Made by a program: the position numbers and the translations under genes. The notes under the pieces were generated by a model. It saw only the letters and a list, made by a program, of their open reading frames with translations, did not search any database and was not told where the DNA came from. DNA of 64,000 nt from positions 64,001-128,000 of the IMG/VR virus record IMGVR_UViG_3300025150_000002; one strand, given 5' to 3'. The DNA is from a virus. Its lineage: Duplodnaviria > Caudoviricetes. Below, one piece after another: positions 63,726 to 64,000 of this stretch; within the stretch, counting starts at the first letter, position 1, and each line of letters opens with the position of its first letter.

Positions 63726-64000
63726 ATGAACATCTTCTTACGTGGGGACCGGGCAGTCCCCATAATCATCGCCAAGAGGCTTATCCGAAAAGAACCGAAG
63801 ATCACCAAAACCCGCCGATTCGTCGGGTTTAGGCAGGGGTTCGGTACCTTGGTCTACAAAGCGATCGAGGTCTTACAGGAGTGCTTCTGGGACGAGGAGC
63901 AGGATGTCGAGGACCTGGGCGAGAGCGAGGTTGTCCATTACGCCATCGACGTAATGGATGATCCCGGCTCAGGTGCTCCGGAGCTCGTGGTCACCAAACT
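63726..64000 (+). CDS. Hypothetical protein, 3'-truncated by the window edge
   Basis: GGAGG SD, ATG at 63726, frame open to the end of the window. Confidence 0.65.
   Translation, partial: MNIFLRGDRAVPIIIAKRLIRKEPKITKTRRFVGFRQGFGTLVYKAIEVLQECFWDEEQDVEDLGESEVVHYAIDVMDDPGSGAPELVVTK

Noticed and set aside
1-64000. Genome-wide TAG reassignment (suggested by three in-frame TAGs at 8957-8986)
   Set aside because: Many clear genes end in TAG right at their natural ends (for example 5693, 9850, 18973), and long genes contain no internal TAG.
1-64000. CRISPR arrays, tRNA and rRNA genes
   Set aside because: No repeat-spacer periodicity and no cloverleaf or rRNA signature was recognised by eye. A tRNAscan run could still find something I missed.

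Overview
A 64-kb stretch of a large, GC-rich tailed dsDNA phage (myovirus or jumbo-like). Evidence: T4-like portal, contractile tail sheath, two T4 gp19-like tail tube genes, many fibre/virion genes, a family A DNA polymerase, an SSB-like protein, a MoxR/vWA pair, RNase H, peptide deformylase, an IHF/HU protein, a DNA methyltransferase and a deoxynucleoside kinase. The window carries a heavy load of selfish elements: 7 inteins (3 in portal, 4 in polymerase), a free-standing degenerate intein, an ORF-less group I intron in a tail tube gene, and at least 7 homing-type endonuclease genes outside intein frames. Main observations: (1) the intron-split tube gene is preceded by a nuclease gene and a synonymously recoded duplicate of its own 5' end, and the kinase locus shows the same duplicate-and-recode pattern; (2) polymerase intein 1 carries its endonuclease in a different reading frame, so about 1.16 kb is dual-coding; (3) a TnpB homologue lacking two RuvC aspartates, with its own promoter, sits in the structural module; (4) a zincin-like plus 2H-phosphoesterase (Acb1-like) fusion lies next to the portal; (5) polymerase inteins end in Asn, Gln and Asp. 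All calls come from motif recognition by eye. No database searches were run.
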